A stretch of DNA of 64,000 nucleotides, taken from positions 32,001-96,000 of the IMG/VR virus record IMGVR_UViG_642791616_000001; one strand, given 5' to 3'. The position numbers were made by a program, and so were the translations under genes. Of the stretch, positions 36,818 through 45,494 are shown piece by piece (the stretch's first letter is position 1; the number at the start of each line of letters is the position of its first letter). Origin of the DNA: a virus (Duplodnaviria > Caudoviricetes). The notes under the pieces are model-generated. The model was not told where the DNA came from and searched no databases. It saw nothing but the letters and a program-made list of their open reading frames with translations.

Positions 36818-37648
36818 TTAACGTTCGGACAATAAATCTTCGCTTCTGATCGGCGAATATACGTGCTTACACCGCGGATGAAATATCTCACCCGTCGCTT
36901 GCAATTCGTCGTATGTTAAATAAGGACCCGGCGCATCTATCGTAAGTTTCATGATCTCGCCTTCGTGAAAACGGCAGTAATCCGAAGCCCCGTGCGATGA
37001 TATTTGCGCATACAAAACACCGCGACTAACGGCTTCATTGCTCGTTGCTTCGCGGTATGTCTGCATCATTTTCGTTCGGGTCACCATGTCGGCGTATACT
37101 TCCGGCTTCCAGCGCCGTCCTTTTGCGTCGACGATTCCGGTCATGACGGATTCTTTGAGTCGCTTTTTTATGTCGTCTCTTATCGTCCGTCTTCCGTTTG
37201 TACCCGACGCCATGTTGTACTTGATAGAGTCGGAAACGGCGCGCCTGACTGCGGATTTTGTTTTCCGGTCTACATTCTGCGTGACCGCTAAAAGGTCCGC
37301 TTGTGTGTCCGCAATAGCTGCCGCGACCATTGCTTCGTTTAACTCGTTGAACTTTACGATAAGAGCCGCTTGTTCAACTGATTCCGCAATCTTAAGTGAA
37401 ACCAGCGTATTTATTACGCCTTCTCTCGCAGCAATAGGCACGTTCTCACTGACCCACCGCGCCGACTTTGTATCGAGGTCGGCTAAAATACGGCTGATCG
37501 ACTGAAGTGTAGCAAGCGCATTGGCTCGTCGGAAATCAGAAATATCGACGCGATCGAGTTCGGAGAGGATGTCTTTTATGGCGGTTCGATAATAGCCGGC
37601 AAGCTGCTTCGTTTGGTAATCGTATTTAGGTGCTGGTACTTTCGCCAT
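36818..37648 (-). CDS. Minor capsid / head morphogenesis protein
   Basis: DAKGRRW...YADMVTRT, SSHGA...C, FHPRCKH. Confidence 0.88.
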   Translation of the reverse strand: MAKVPAPKYDYQTKQLAGYYRTAIKDILSELDRVDISDFRRANALATLQSISRILADLDTKSARWVSENVPIAAREGVINTLVSLKIAESVEQAALIVKFNELNEAMVAAAIADTQADLLAVTQNVDRKTKSAVRRAVSDSIKYNMASGTNGRRTIRDDIKKRLKESVMTGIVDAKGRRWKPEVYADMVTRTKMMQTYREATSNEAVSRGVLYAQISSHGASDYCRFHEGEIMKLTIDAPGPYLTYDELQATGEIFHPRCKHVYSPIRSEDLLSER

Positions 37649-39249
37649 TACTCATCGTCCTTAGGTTTCGACGTCGCTTCCGTCTCATTAAAGATCGACG
37701 CATCTACAAAGCCATTTGCGGAAGTTTCGTCTTCTTCAATGCGGCGCATAATTTCATCCGCCTTTTCGTCGTCAACGTCATCCATCGCCTTGATTGCGCT
37801 CCTTACGTCAAGTGTCGGTTTACCCGCCGTTCTGATCTGCATGATCTCCGCCCACTCTTTTTCATTCTGCGGAATACCATCGTTCCAAACAGCGCGCGGA
37901 TACACAGCCTCGTCGATTTTAATACGTTTGACCGCCTTCTCTAAAAGCATACACGTCCACAGCGCGTCTCGGATCGCTCTATCATAGTGCGCTCTTATTC
38001 GTTTTACCTTCGAAAGAATCGGCATAAAGCGTGCTTTAATTGCGGCGCCGTCTGTATGAGACGTTCCCGTTCCTCCGGAGTTATCTCCCGACATTACAGT
38101 CCCAAAAAGCCACTGCGGTGTTTCTGATTGCATAAATACGCTACTAAATAAGACATCGAGTTCCTTAAAAGCCGCGTCCAGTTGCGCTTGCCATACCATA
38201 TATCCCGGCGTCGGATCGTCTTTTGTTACTGGAATATAAGCTCCGCCGAATTTTACTGTATCGCCGTCATCTTGAATTTCAGGCCCATACGCTGTAGGAT
38301 CGCTGTGTTTCCATAGAATATAATCGATCTGTACTAATCGATCGTTAATCGCAGCAAAGGTCGTTTCTAGCTTTTCTAGTCCGCCAATTCCGAAGAACTC
38401 GTCGTCAATCGACTTGTATGGAACATGAAAGACCGGGATATGTGGTAGATGCGTTTCCTCGATATCTTCTTCGCGACCTGTCGGCAATTGATCACCTATC
38501 TTAAATACAGGTACCGGCGTGCCAGTTGACGTATCAACTCCGTTTTCATTCAAACGATGTTTCGAGTACAGAATATAGCCGGGTATGTGTCGTTCTACGT
38601 TTAAAAACGGAATCTCCGTCTTCTCCGTCTCGACCCACTCAACTTGCGCAATGTTGACCGCTTTTAGCTTCTTGACGTTTCCGGCGCTAAACTCCGGAAA
38701 GACTGCGCCAGCGCTAACGTGTTCAATGATCGCTTCCATTTCGGCATCTGCCGGCACAGATAAGCCGAGTTTCTCAACTTCCGAAAAGTCTTGGCGGTAT
38801 CCGTACCGTACCTTAAACCATGAATCACCGCGAAATCCGTTAGCCGTTGCGCTTTCGTGAAGAAGTTGATTAATGTCGTTTTCCTCTACGTAGCGATTCA
38901 GCGCTTTTTGTTCCTCGCTGTCGTCGGGTAGCCCACTTTCGAATTGAACCGGTTCGCCTACGAGAAGGTCAGCCGGCTTAGTTACGAGAATGTCGGCAAG
39001 ATTGACCGCGATATATAGCTTCTTTAATTGCTCGGCTTGTGGCGAGTCTTTGAGCACCTCGGTTGCACGCTCATAAACGTCTCGCTGTCGTCCTTCAAAC
39101 AGCTTTTTCATGCGCCGATATTTCGCTAGCCGTTCAATTGAATCAACCGGAGGAAACTGCGCGCCGGGGCGGATGATGCTATACGTTTTCGTATGCGATC
39201 CGTCGTCGGGTTCGTGGTTGCGGTGCTTAAATAAGTCCGTAAAACCCAT
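37648..39249 (-). CDS. Portal protein (SPP1 gp6/A118-like)
   Basis: 533 aa; size, position and motifs. Confidence 0.88.
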   Translation of the reverse strand: MGFTDLFKHRNHEPDDGSHTKTYSIIRPGAQFPPVDSIERLAKYRRMKKLFEGRQRDVYERATEVLKDSPQAEQLKKLYIAVNLADILVTKPADLLVGEPVQFESGLPDDSEEQKALNRYVEENDINQLLHESATANGFRGDSWFKVRYGYRQDFSEVEKLGLSVPADAEMEAIIEHVSAGAVFPEFSAGNVKKLKAVNIAQVEWVETEKTEIPFLNVERHIPGYILYSKHRLNENGVDTSTGTPVPVFKIGDQLPTGREEDIEETHLPHIPVFHVPYKSIDDEFFGIGGLEKLETTFAAINDRLVQIDYILWKHSDPTAYGPEIQDDGDTVKFGGAYIPVTKDDPTPGYMVWQAQLDAAFKELDVLFSSVFMQSETPQWLFGTVMSGDNSGGTGTSHTDGAAIKARFMPILSKVKRIRAHYDRAIRDALWTCMLLEKAVKRIKIDEAVYPRAVWNDGIPQNEKEWAEIMQIRTAGKPTLDVRSAIKAMDDVDDEKADEIMRRIEEDETSANGFVDASIFNETEATSKPKDDE

Positions 39250-39252
39250 CGC

Positions 39253-39678
39253 TTATTCCTCCTTTAGAAGTGCGTCTAACTTATCCGCTTCATTTTGAAT
39301 ATCATCGACTGACTCGTCGGTTGTTGTGTTGTCGGTAATAATTTGCTTTTCGGTAAGCAGTCCGTATCGTTTCATGAATAAATCAATCGCTTTAACGGAT
39401 GGTTGCGGACCCTTGATCAGCTTCATTAATTGACCGTATACTTCCGACCTGTGACTAGAAAGCATGTCATCCGCAAGTAAATTCATGTATTCAATGAACG
39501 CGGAATCCTGCGTTCGCCATCGATACAACCCCATTCGCGACATCCCTAGTTCTTCTGCGAGTTGCTCCTGCGTTTTCTTCTCGCCGCCTTCCGGCATAAT
39601 TTCATTCAAAGCGCAGGCCTGGGCGGCTTTCCGCTTCTCAAACGACAATTGCGCCTCTAGCTGCTTAATTCTCGACAT
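39253..39678 (-). CDS. phBC6A51-type HTH protein (probable terminase small subunit)
   Basis: KTQEQLAEELGMSRMGLYRW, PSVKAIDLF. Confidence 0.8.
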   Translation of the reverse strand: MSRIKQLEAQLSFEKRKAAQACALNEIMPEGGEKKTQEQLAEELGMSRMGLYRWRTQDSAFIEYMNLLADDMLSSHRSEVYGQLMKLIKGPQPSVKAIDLFMKRYGLLTEKQIITDNTTTDESVDDIQNEADKLDALLKEE

Positions 39679-39695
39679 TTAACGTCCCCCTTTCG

Positions 39696-41462
39696 TTACA
39701 TAAATTTTGGCTTCTCCTGAAGCATCGTTTTCGCTCGCTTGCTGACACTCACCGCCATTTCTAACGCATCCGGTAGGTCATCGTGCCAATTCGAGCCGTA
39801 CCGCTCAAACTGCTCGAGTAAGAGCGTTTGACTGCGGTGAAATTCGATCTCACCTTTTTCGATCTGCGGCATGAGTGCTTCGATACGGAGTTCTTTCCGC
39901 GATCGTTGATTTATTTTTGTGACGCGCGATCCAGCCGGGTATCCTTGTACTACCAACTCGCGTTTCAGCGTATCAATGAAGAACTCTTGCGCCATTTGAG
40001 ACTCTGCCGCTATTCGATCGGGTAGGTACTCGATAACCTTCTCCACAATCCTGCGCAGAAACTTATCGGGATGTATTCGTTCTCCGTAAGCGTCAATGAC
40101 GTAAATCTTTCCGGTCTTTTTATGTTTTGCGATTGTCACGATTGCCGAGAAGTCTCCGCGTTCTTTACCCATTGCGAAATCTATTCCCATATAAACGGCG
40201 TAGTCTTTACGATTAAGTTTAAAATCCGTCCAATACGAAAAGAATTCCGGCTTGAATAGCTGCGAATCCTCGTCGATTGGATTATTCATAAATTCGGTAT
40301 TGAACGCCTTTGTGCCGATATTGACCTTTTCGATCATCAGCGCAGGCAAAGGAAAGCGACCCGGCCATAAAACTTCGGCACCTTCGTCCATCTCCGCTTT
40401 ATGTTCTTCATAGAAACGGATAGCTGCACGCGCATTCGGCGTAGACATTGAGTCTTCCGATTCTGCTTGCATCATTTCCTCGACTTCTTCATCGCTTGGT
40501 ACGTACTCTTTGTATATACGTTCAAATTCAGCCCATAGGTCGGTCCTCTTCGGCGGCTTGATGATCGCCGGAAAACTGTTTTTAATGAAGTCGCGACGTT
40601 CTTGCAGTACGTAGTTCAGCAAACTATCGAAGTGTACAAGTGTTCCCATGAAAATAAATGCGGTTTTCGTAGGATCACCCGCTGGCATAAGGTCTTGGTT
40701 GAGCCAATCCTTCGCCTTTTGTCGCAATTCGGGCGTATTGTTCGAGTCTAACGATTCTAAGTCGTCTAACAAGACTAGATCTGGTCGTTGCGAACCATTA
40801 CGGAATCCCCGAATCTGAGTTCCGAGCGATGTCGCTTCCATTTTGATTCCGGTCGTTGTTATAAAAGCCGTCTCGGAATCCTTTTCGTTGCGCGTCTTTT
40901 GTTCGTACAGGACCTCGCCAAAGTCTTCGCGTAGCTTTTGATTGTACTTAAGCTGTCCCGCGACCCATTTAATGAATTTGATCGATCCGGCGTTCGTTTC
41001 CGAAATAATCAAGATCATGCGTCGCTTTTTATACACGATTTCACGCACCGGATAGGCATTCGATAGATACGCCGACTTTGCATGTCCCCTCGAAGCCGCC
41101 CAAGCGATACGAGCCGTTTTATTTCGGTTAGATACCGAGTCGAGGATCGACGATAACTTGGCGTGGAAATTCGGCGCGTCGTCCATGTCTACCGCGGTCG
41201 TCGGCACGAGGTTATCCGGATTTCCTTGGTTTCTTGCTTCCGAAAAATATTCGTAGAAGAAATAGAGCATATCGACCTCGGCACGGTGTACCCGTTTTAG
41301 TTTGGTGAGTTCGTCGCGGTCTTTCCGCATAAGATCGACATGGTAGTCCGAGTGTTTTCCAGCTTTGATAATGTCGCGTAACTTCTTCAGCCGCTCCGTG
41401 ACGGCCTCTATCCGCGCCTGTCTTTCTTCACGTTCTAAAAACTTGCCGTTTATATACGCCAA
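39696..41462 (-). CDS. Terminase large subunit
   Basis: SRGHAKS Walker A, RPDLVLLDD, MGT, GIDFA, HDDLPDA; TTG start after AAGGAGG. Confidence 0.95.
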   Translation of the reverse strand: MAYINGKFLEREERQARIEAVTERLKKLRDIIKAGKHSDYHVDLMRKDRDELTKLKRVHRAEVDMLYFFYEYFSEARNQGNPDNLVPTTAVDMDDAPNFHAKLSSILDSVSNRNKTARIAWAASRGHAKSAYLSNAYPVREIVYKKRRMILIISETNAGSIKFIKWVAGQLKYNQKLREDFGEVLYEQKTRNEKDSETAFITTTGIKMEATSLGTQIRGFRNGSQRPDLVLLDDLESLDSNNTPELRQKAKDWLNQDLMPAGDPTKTAFIFMGTLVHFDSLLNYVLQERRDFIKNSFPAIIKPPKRTDLWAEFERIYKEYVPSDEEVEEMMQAESEDSMSTPNARAAIRFYEEHKAEMDEGAEVLWPGRFPLPALMIEKVNIGTKAFNTEFMNNPIDEDSQLFKPEFFSYWTDFKLNRKDYAVYMGIDFAMGKERGDFSAIVTIAKHKKTGKIYVIDAYGERIHPDKFLRRIVEKVIEYLPDRIAAESQMAQEFFIDTLKRELVVQGYPAGSRVTKINQRSRKELRIEALMPQIEKGEIEFHRSQTLLLEQFERYGSNWHDDLPDALEMAVSVSKRAKTMLQEKPKFM

Positions 41463-41491
41463 GGTATCGTCCTCCTTCCGTCTATTTGCCG

Positions 41492-41550
41492 TTGACTTAC
41501 CGTATTCGTTATCGTATAATGAATGTAACTTAAAATAATTAAAGTACATT
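41492..41550 (+). promoter_or_regulatory. SigA promoter of short recombinase plus palindromic site A
   Basis: TTGACT-17-TATAAT (41492-41520); AATGTAACTTAA-5-TTAAAGTACATT (41522-41550). Confidence 0.75.
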
Positions 41551-41563
41551 GGAGTGAAGACGT

Positions 41564-42109
41564 ATGGCTAACGAAGTGAACCCGATCAAAAGTAAACGTG
41601 ATTTCAATAAATTAAAAAACGCCCTCAAACCGGGGCGCGACCGTCTGTTATTGCAATTAGGGACGGCTTTTGGGCTGAGAATCTCCGATTTACTTTCGCT
41701 TAAGGTCGGCGATCTTCGCGGCCAAACGTCTCTTAAAATAACCGAAGCCAAGCGCAAAAAAACGCGTGTCATTACGTTTTCGACATCCGTCAAAAAGCTC
41801 GTCAATGAACTCGAAGGAGCCGACGATGACTACGTATTTGCCAGCCGAAAGGGCGCCAAGCCGATCAGCCGCGTTCAAGCCTACCGTATTCTAAACGAGG
41901 CAGCCGAGCGCGCCGAGATCGCTAAAAAGATCGGCAACATCGGTACTCATACGTTGCGTAAGACGTTCGGCTACCGTTTATATGAAATGGATATCGCAGT
42001 CGACCGGATCATGGCTATACTCGGACACTCTTCCGAAAAAGATACGTTAAAATACATCGGTATCACTGCCGATGAAATTTCGGACGCATACGAAAGCATC
42101 GCGATTTAG
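41564..42109 (+). CDS. Short (catalytic-domain-only) tyrosine recombinase
   Basis: GLRISD, EAKRKK, HTLRKT, LGH, Y; 181 aa. Confidence 0.92.
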   Translation: MANEVNPIKSKRDFNKLKNALKPGRDRLLLQLGTAFGLRISDLLSLKVGDLRGQTSLKITEAKRKKTRVITFSTSVKKLVNELEGADDDYVFASRKGAKPISRVQAYRILNEAAERAEIAKKIGNIGTHTLRKTFGYRLYEMDIAVDRIMAILGHSSEKDTLKYIGITADEISDAYESIAI

Positions 42110-42125
42110 ATCGTGGTGCTTTTAT

Positions 42126-42377
42126 TTATTCCGAAAAATCTACGCCGACCCGACGCCAGTCGAGCGCATACGGTGATTCTACAGTTCCACAGCCGCCTTT
42201 TCTGCGATTATTTGGCGTCTTTTCATACCCTCTCATCGCCGCGTCTAGTTCAGCTAACGCCTTCGCCGCGTCTTTTGCTGCGCGCTGGACCGCTTTTAGT
42301 CCTTTAATAGCTTTCGAAACATCTACTTCTACCTTTACGTTTAAATTGCCGACTGATTCGCGTTTGTTTTCCGCCAT
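42126..42377 (-). CDS. Hypothetical phage protein
   Basis: VGNLNVKVEVDVSKAIKGLKAVQR; RBS present. Confidence 0.65.
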   Translation of the reverse strand: MAENKRESVGNLNVKVEVDVSKAIKGLKAVQRAAKDAAKALAELDAAMRGYEKTPNNRRKGGCGTVESPYALDWRRVGVDFSE

Positions 42378-42427
42378 TCACGTCATCCCCTTTGTCCGTT
42401 TTATTGCTGCGCATTTGAACGCAAGCA

Positions 42428-42459
42428 CAAAAAGACCTCCGGCGCTGACCGGAAGCCTC
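42428..42459 (-). terminator. Intrinsic terminator downstream of the tRNA-like RNA
   Basis: GGCTTCCGG/CCGGAGGTC plus T-tract on minus strand. Confidence 0.7.
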
Positions 42460-42538
42460 GTTCTGATTGCGACATTATTACACGCTTTCCGGCACGTATT
42501 TTACGTCCCCGCCGGCGGAGAATCCTTAGTCGCGTAAG

Positions 42539-42670
42539 AATATGCGGACGAGGATTTGCACCTCGCATGTCAGCCGAGCTTTCTGACTCACGAGTTTTTA
42601 GCGGGTTCACTCCCGATTCTCCTATGCTTTCGCACATGATAAGCGTCTACCTATTTCGCCACCGCATCTT
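42539..42670 (-). ncRNA. tRNA-like RNA with expanded anticodon region
   Basis: ATGCGG/CCGCAT acceptor-like stem, TG-GCG-AAATAGGTAGA-CGC D-arm, GCGAGG-TGCAAAT-CCTCGT T-arm; ~70 nt with three hairpins between the arms. Confidence 0.7.
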
Positions 42671-42768
42671 TAAAAATAACACGAAATTAACGCTTTTCAC
42701 CGTCTACCCTTACGAATACCCTAGTCGGATACCAAAACGTCTAATTTCGTGCATTTTACCTGTTAAAA

Positions 42769-43059
42769 TCATTGTGCTAGTCCGTATCGTTTCCGCAATA
42801 CTTTCATATCGGCGTCGATTTCCGCTTTTAACGCGTCGATTGAAGCCGGTTCTGATCCGTCCGTAAGACGTAATTGCTTAAGCGTTTCTATTTTCGTTCG
42901 TATCGCGCTGTTTGTAATCGCGGTCGGGTAATGCGTGCCGCAGACGATGCATTCAAAGTACGTTTCGACGAGGCCTTTTCGGACGGTGCGTTCTTTTAAT
43001 GCGATGGCGGTCCGTTGATTGCATGCGTCGCAGGTGGCGAAAGTAGGTAGCGTGGTCAA
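42769..43059 (-). CDS. Zinc-ribbon protein
   Basis: CDAC...ETYFECIVC. Confidence 0.75.
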   Translation of the reverse strand: MTTLPTFATCDACNQRTAIALKERTVRKGLVETYFECIVCGTHYPTAITNSAIRTKIETLKQLRLTDGSEPASIDALKAEIDADMKVLRKRYGLAQ

Positions 43060-43522
43060 GAGCGATCGCCTCCTCGTAAAGTCACCGTCTCGAAATAGAA
43101 CACGCCCGGCTCATCCGGACATAATGGAATTTCTTGCGGCTGCGTTTCCGCACTTTTCGCAATAAGCCGATAGTTACTCGTTCCCCACGTAAGTCCGTTT
43201 GGATCTACGAAAGTTTCCTGCTTAATTTCATAGCCGTCTAATTGCGTTAAGTCTTCCGGTCGCTCAACGCCTAGAAAGATACGAACCATTTCGCTAGTTT
43301 CTCTCGTTAAGTAGCGATTTTCCGCGATACGAATGCATCCGTCCATGAATGACGTCACCCTAGCGACCTCCTTCTCGTTATTAAATGCATATCCCACATG
43401 AACAACGCATCCGAAGCCGTCAGATGAAATCCGTATCCTGCCGTGTATTTCAGTCGATCAAAATCGAACCGATACGGCAATTTGAAGCTTACGTCTGATG
43501 GAACGATTTTATAGCGTCTCAT
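43056..43522 (-). pseudogene. Frameshifted hypothetical gene
   Basis: GAGGAG plus ATG at 43522 (MRRYKIV...LKY) is 2 nt out of frame with the 43056-43397 ORF; AC duplication near 43443-43446. Confidence 0.6.
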
Positions 43523-43779
43523 TCGAACGTCTCCTCTACGTTTAATTAGCGTGTTAACCCTCCACCCGCTCCGAGAAACTTCGGATAGCTACGACCGCGC
43601 GATTCGCAGCATAACGTATGTCTACGTACGGGTAGACGATTAACACCCCGAGTTTAAAAAATTGTGCGCAAGTTTTGTTCACTAGATTCCGCGTTTTCGT
43701 TTGGGGCGCTTGGGGGCGGGCGGCTTCGTCTCTTTTTCGCGATTATTATTGAATAACGCATTCATAACGTTGCATAACG

Positions 43780-43808
43780 AAAGTAACAAAAAGACTTTCT
43801 GTTACATT
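43780..43808. other. Palindromic recombinase-type site B
   Basis: AAAGTAACAAAA-5-TTCTGTTACATT; same geometry and arm consensus as site A. Confidence 0.55.
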
Positions 43809-44520
43809 CGCATTGATGACGAACGTTGATGCATCGCAGTCGGATGCCGTTAGACCGACGCAACGAAACGAATGAACTTTATGCATCGCACCAGCCCCGC
43901 CATGCCGCCATCCGTGCGGGCTACCTATGCCGGCCGGTATGTATAGGATCGTGCATAAACGGATTGGCTTCGGCTTCTGACCCCTCGAGTTTCGGAAGGC
44001 CTCGTCCGGTAGAGGCGGCTGCTTGGTTGCGGATGTCTTCGCCTGTCCCTCACCGTCACCCTGCCGTCCGCCTTCGTACTATATTATATACACCGTCTGT
44101 GCCTGCCGTTACATAGCGGCTGCAAGACGGTACCCTATTCGGCTTATCAATCGCTGCCTATCGTCTTGACTACGGTATCCCTGCCGTTAGTATGTTACGT
44201 TCATTTACGTCCTTCTATAACGTAAGACAGCATATACGTACGTTACGCAAGTATATCTACGCAATGGAGACGAATATTCATCGTTTATATGTCCGTCTTA
44301 TTAACGTTGTCCTTTCCGTAGTTACTTAAGTGATAGCGACCTCGGCTCCGCCTCGTCCGCAATTAATAAACCGCCGTTATTCATTCATTATACATATTGC
44401 GTATATGTGAGACGGAGCGTAGCGGAGGATCACTAGGTTTAAGATTTAGAAGATAAGAAGTAATTTCCGACCTCAAAACGCTGTATCCCACGTGGCTCTA
44501 AGCGCCAACCCCGTTTTCTC

Positions 44521-44570
44521 TTGTACGAATAAAGTCGTACTTTTGGCGTTTTTGTACGAATGAAGTCGTA
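44521..44570. repeat. Two 19-bp direct repeats, 31-bp period
   Basis: TTGTACGAATAAAGTCGTA (44521) and TTGTACGAATGAAGTCGTA (44552). Confidence 0.85.
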
Positions 44571-44715
44571 TTGATTATCAGTTACCTCGACCTAATTGAG
44601 AATAGACGGAGGTATCTACGGCCTGACATCTCTGCTATAGCGTATTAACATTCATGTTAACGTATATTCATACGGATAACTGCACGCAAAAAAGAGACGC
44701 TCGTCCTGAACGTCC

Positions 44716-44943
44716 CTACTTCTCGTCTTTGCCTTCGTCCTCTATTTCGAATAGATCCTCGTACTTCCATCCGCCCGCTTTCATAAGCGCAACGACCTGC
44801 CAATCCTCGTGCCGACCATTCGAATCGAACCGCGAGATAGAACCCTGCGGAACGCCCGACGCTTCTGAAAGTCTTGTTTGCGTCCAGCCATCCGCCTTCA
44901 TTAATTCCTTCAGACGCGGCCTAACGTTTATGTGCTTGCCCAT
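44716..44943 (-). CDS. XRE/HTH_26 regulator
   Basis: MGKHINVRPRLKELMKADGWTQTRLSEASGVPQGSISRFD; GGAGGTG RBS. Confidence 0.85.
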   Translation of the reverse strand: MGKHINVRPRLKELMKADGWTQTRLSEASGVPQGSISRFDSNGRHEDWQVVALMKAGGWKYEDLFEIEDEGKDEK

Positions 44944-44972
44944 CCGCACCACCTCCGTATTTATATAAGTAA

Positions 44973-45035
44973 TTATACGATATCGAATATTATTTCGCAA
45001 TATCCGTTGACATACGTTATACGATATCGTATAAT
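44973..45035. promoter_or_regulatory. Consensus SigA promoter with two palindromic operators
   Basis: TTGACA-17-TATAAT (45007-45035); perfect TTATACGATATCGTATAA (45017-45034) and near copy (44973-44990). Confidence 0.88.
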
Positions 45036-45061
45036 AAAGGTACAGAAAGGAGGTGCACGAA

Positions 45062-45208
45062 TTGATTGAACTAGCTACTAAAATATCCGTCTTGCTTGCG
45101 TCGTGGTTGGCGATCATCAAAACCGCAATGGAAATCACGGCAATGAAGAAGCAACGGAAAGCAAAGAAAAAGCGACGGTCTCCCTCCAAGAAGAAACGTC
45201 GCAAGTAA
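45062..45208 (+). CDS. 48-aa membrane peptide with very basic tail (type I toxin-like)
   Basis: AAAGGAGGTG RBS, TTG start: MIELATKISVLLASWLAIIKTAMEITAMKKQRKAKKKRRSPSKKKRRK. Confidence 0.75.
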   Translation: MIELATKISVLLASWLAIIKTAMEITAMKKQRKAKKKRRSPSKKKRRK

Positions 45209-45251
45209 ACGGACGGGGCGCTAAGCCCCGGTTCAATCAATTATACCACAC

Positions 45252-45410
45252 ATGCGCAAAATTAATACGCTTGATACGTTGCTCATTATCGTATTAGTCG
45301 CCTGGATAGCGTTCACGGATTACGCTAAATGGCAGCCGATAGACTGCGCAGCCGTCGCAACATTAATCATTTTCGGCTTTACGGTCGCTGTAAAATCGCT
45401 AATAAAATAA
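45252..45410 (+). CDS. 52-aa two-TM peptide
   Basis: MRKINTLDTLLIIVLVAWIAFTDYAKWQPIDCAAVATLIIFGFTVAVKSLIK; no clear RBS. Confidence 0.55.
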   Translation: MRKINTLDTLLIIVLVAWIAFTDYAKWQPIDCAAVATLIIFGFTVAVKSLIK

Positions 45411-45494
45411 GACGTCGGCCAGCCCAGCCTATTACGACGCTACTAAGACGGAGCTGACGTACTAAAATCGTTAAAAATTCGAGGAGGTTTTTAC

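Noticed and set aside
42469-42533. Possible twister or other small self-cleaving ribozyme
   Set aside because: Conserved catalytic motifs and pseudoknots could not be identified; kept only as structure next to the tRNA-like RNA.
42539-42670. Functional tRNA-Leu or intron-containing tRNA
   Set aside because: No anticodon stem-loop, UGC instead of UUC in the T-loop, no CCA, and the insert is far too short for a self-splicing intron.
43702-43724. G-rich stretch as cos/pac site
   Set aside because: Position is plausible, but the site cannot be supported without virion end mapping.
43805-43875. Possible hammerhead ribozyme (TTGATGA...GAAA with flanking stems)
   Set aside because: The core is not CUGANGA directly abutting stem II, and there is no stem III/UH arrangement; treated only as a nested hairpin.
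43826-44116. 96-aa plus-strand ORF, and 42401-42637 (-) ORF
   Set aside because: No RBS and non-protein-like composition; both overlap structured non-coding elements.
44944-45297. ORF-track calls 44716-45240 (-) N-terminal extension and 45103-45297 (+)
   Set aside because: They overlap the promoter/operators and the RBS-supported 48-aa peptide; the HTH gene start at 44943 has a proper RBS.
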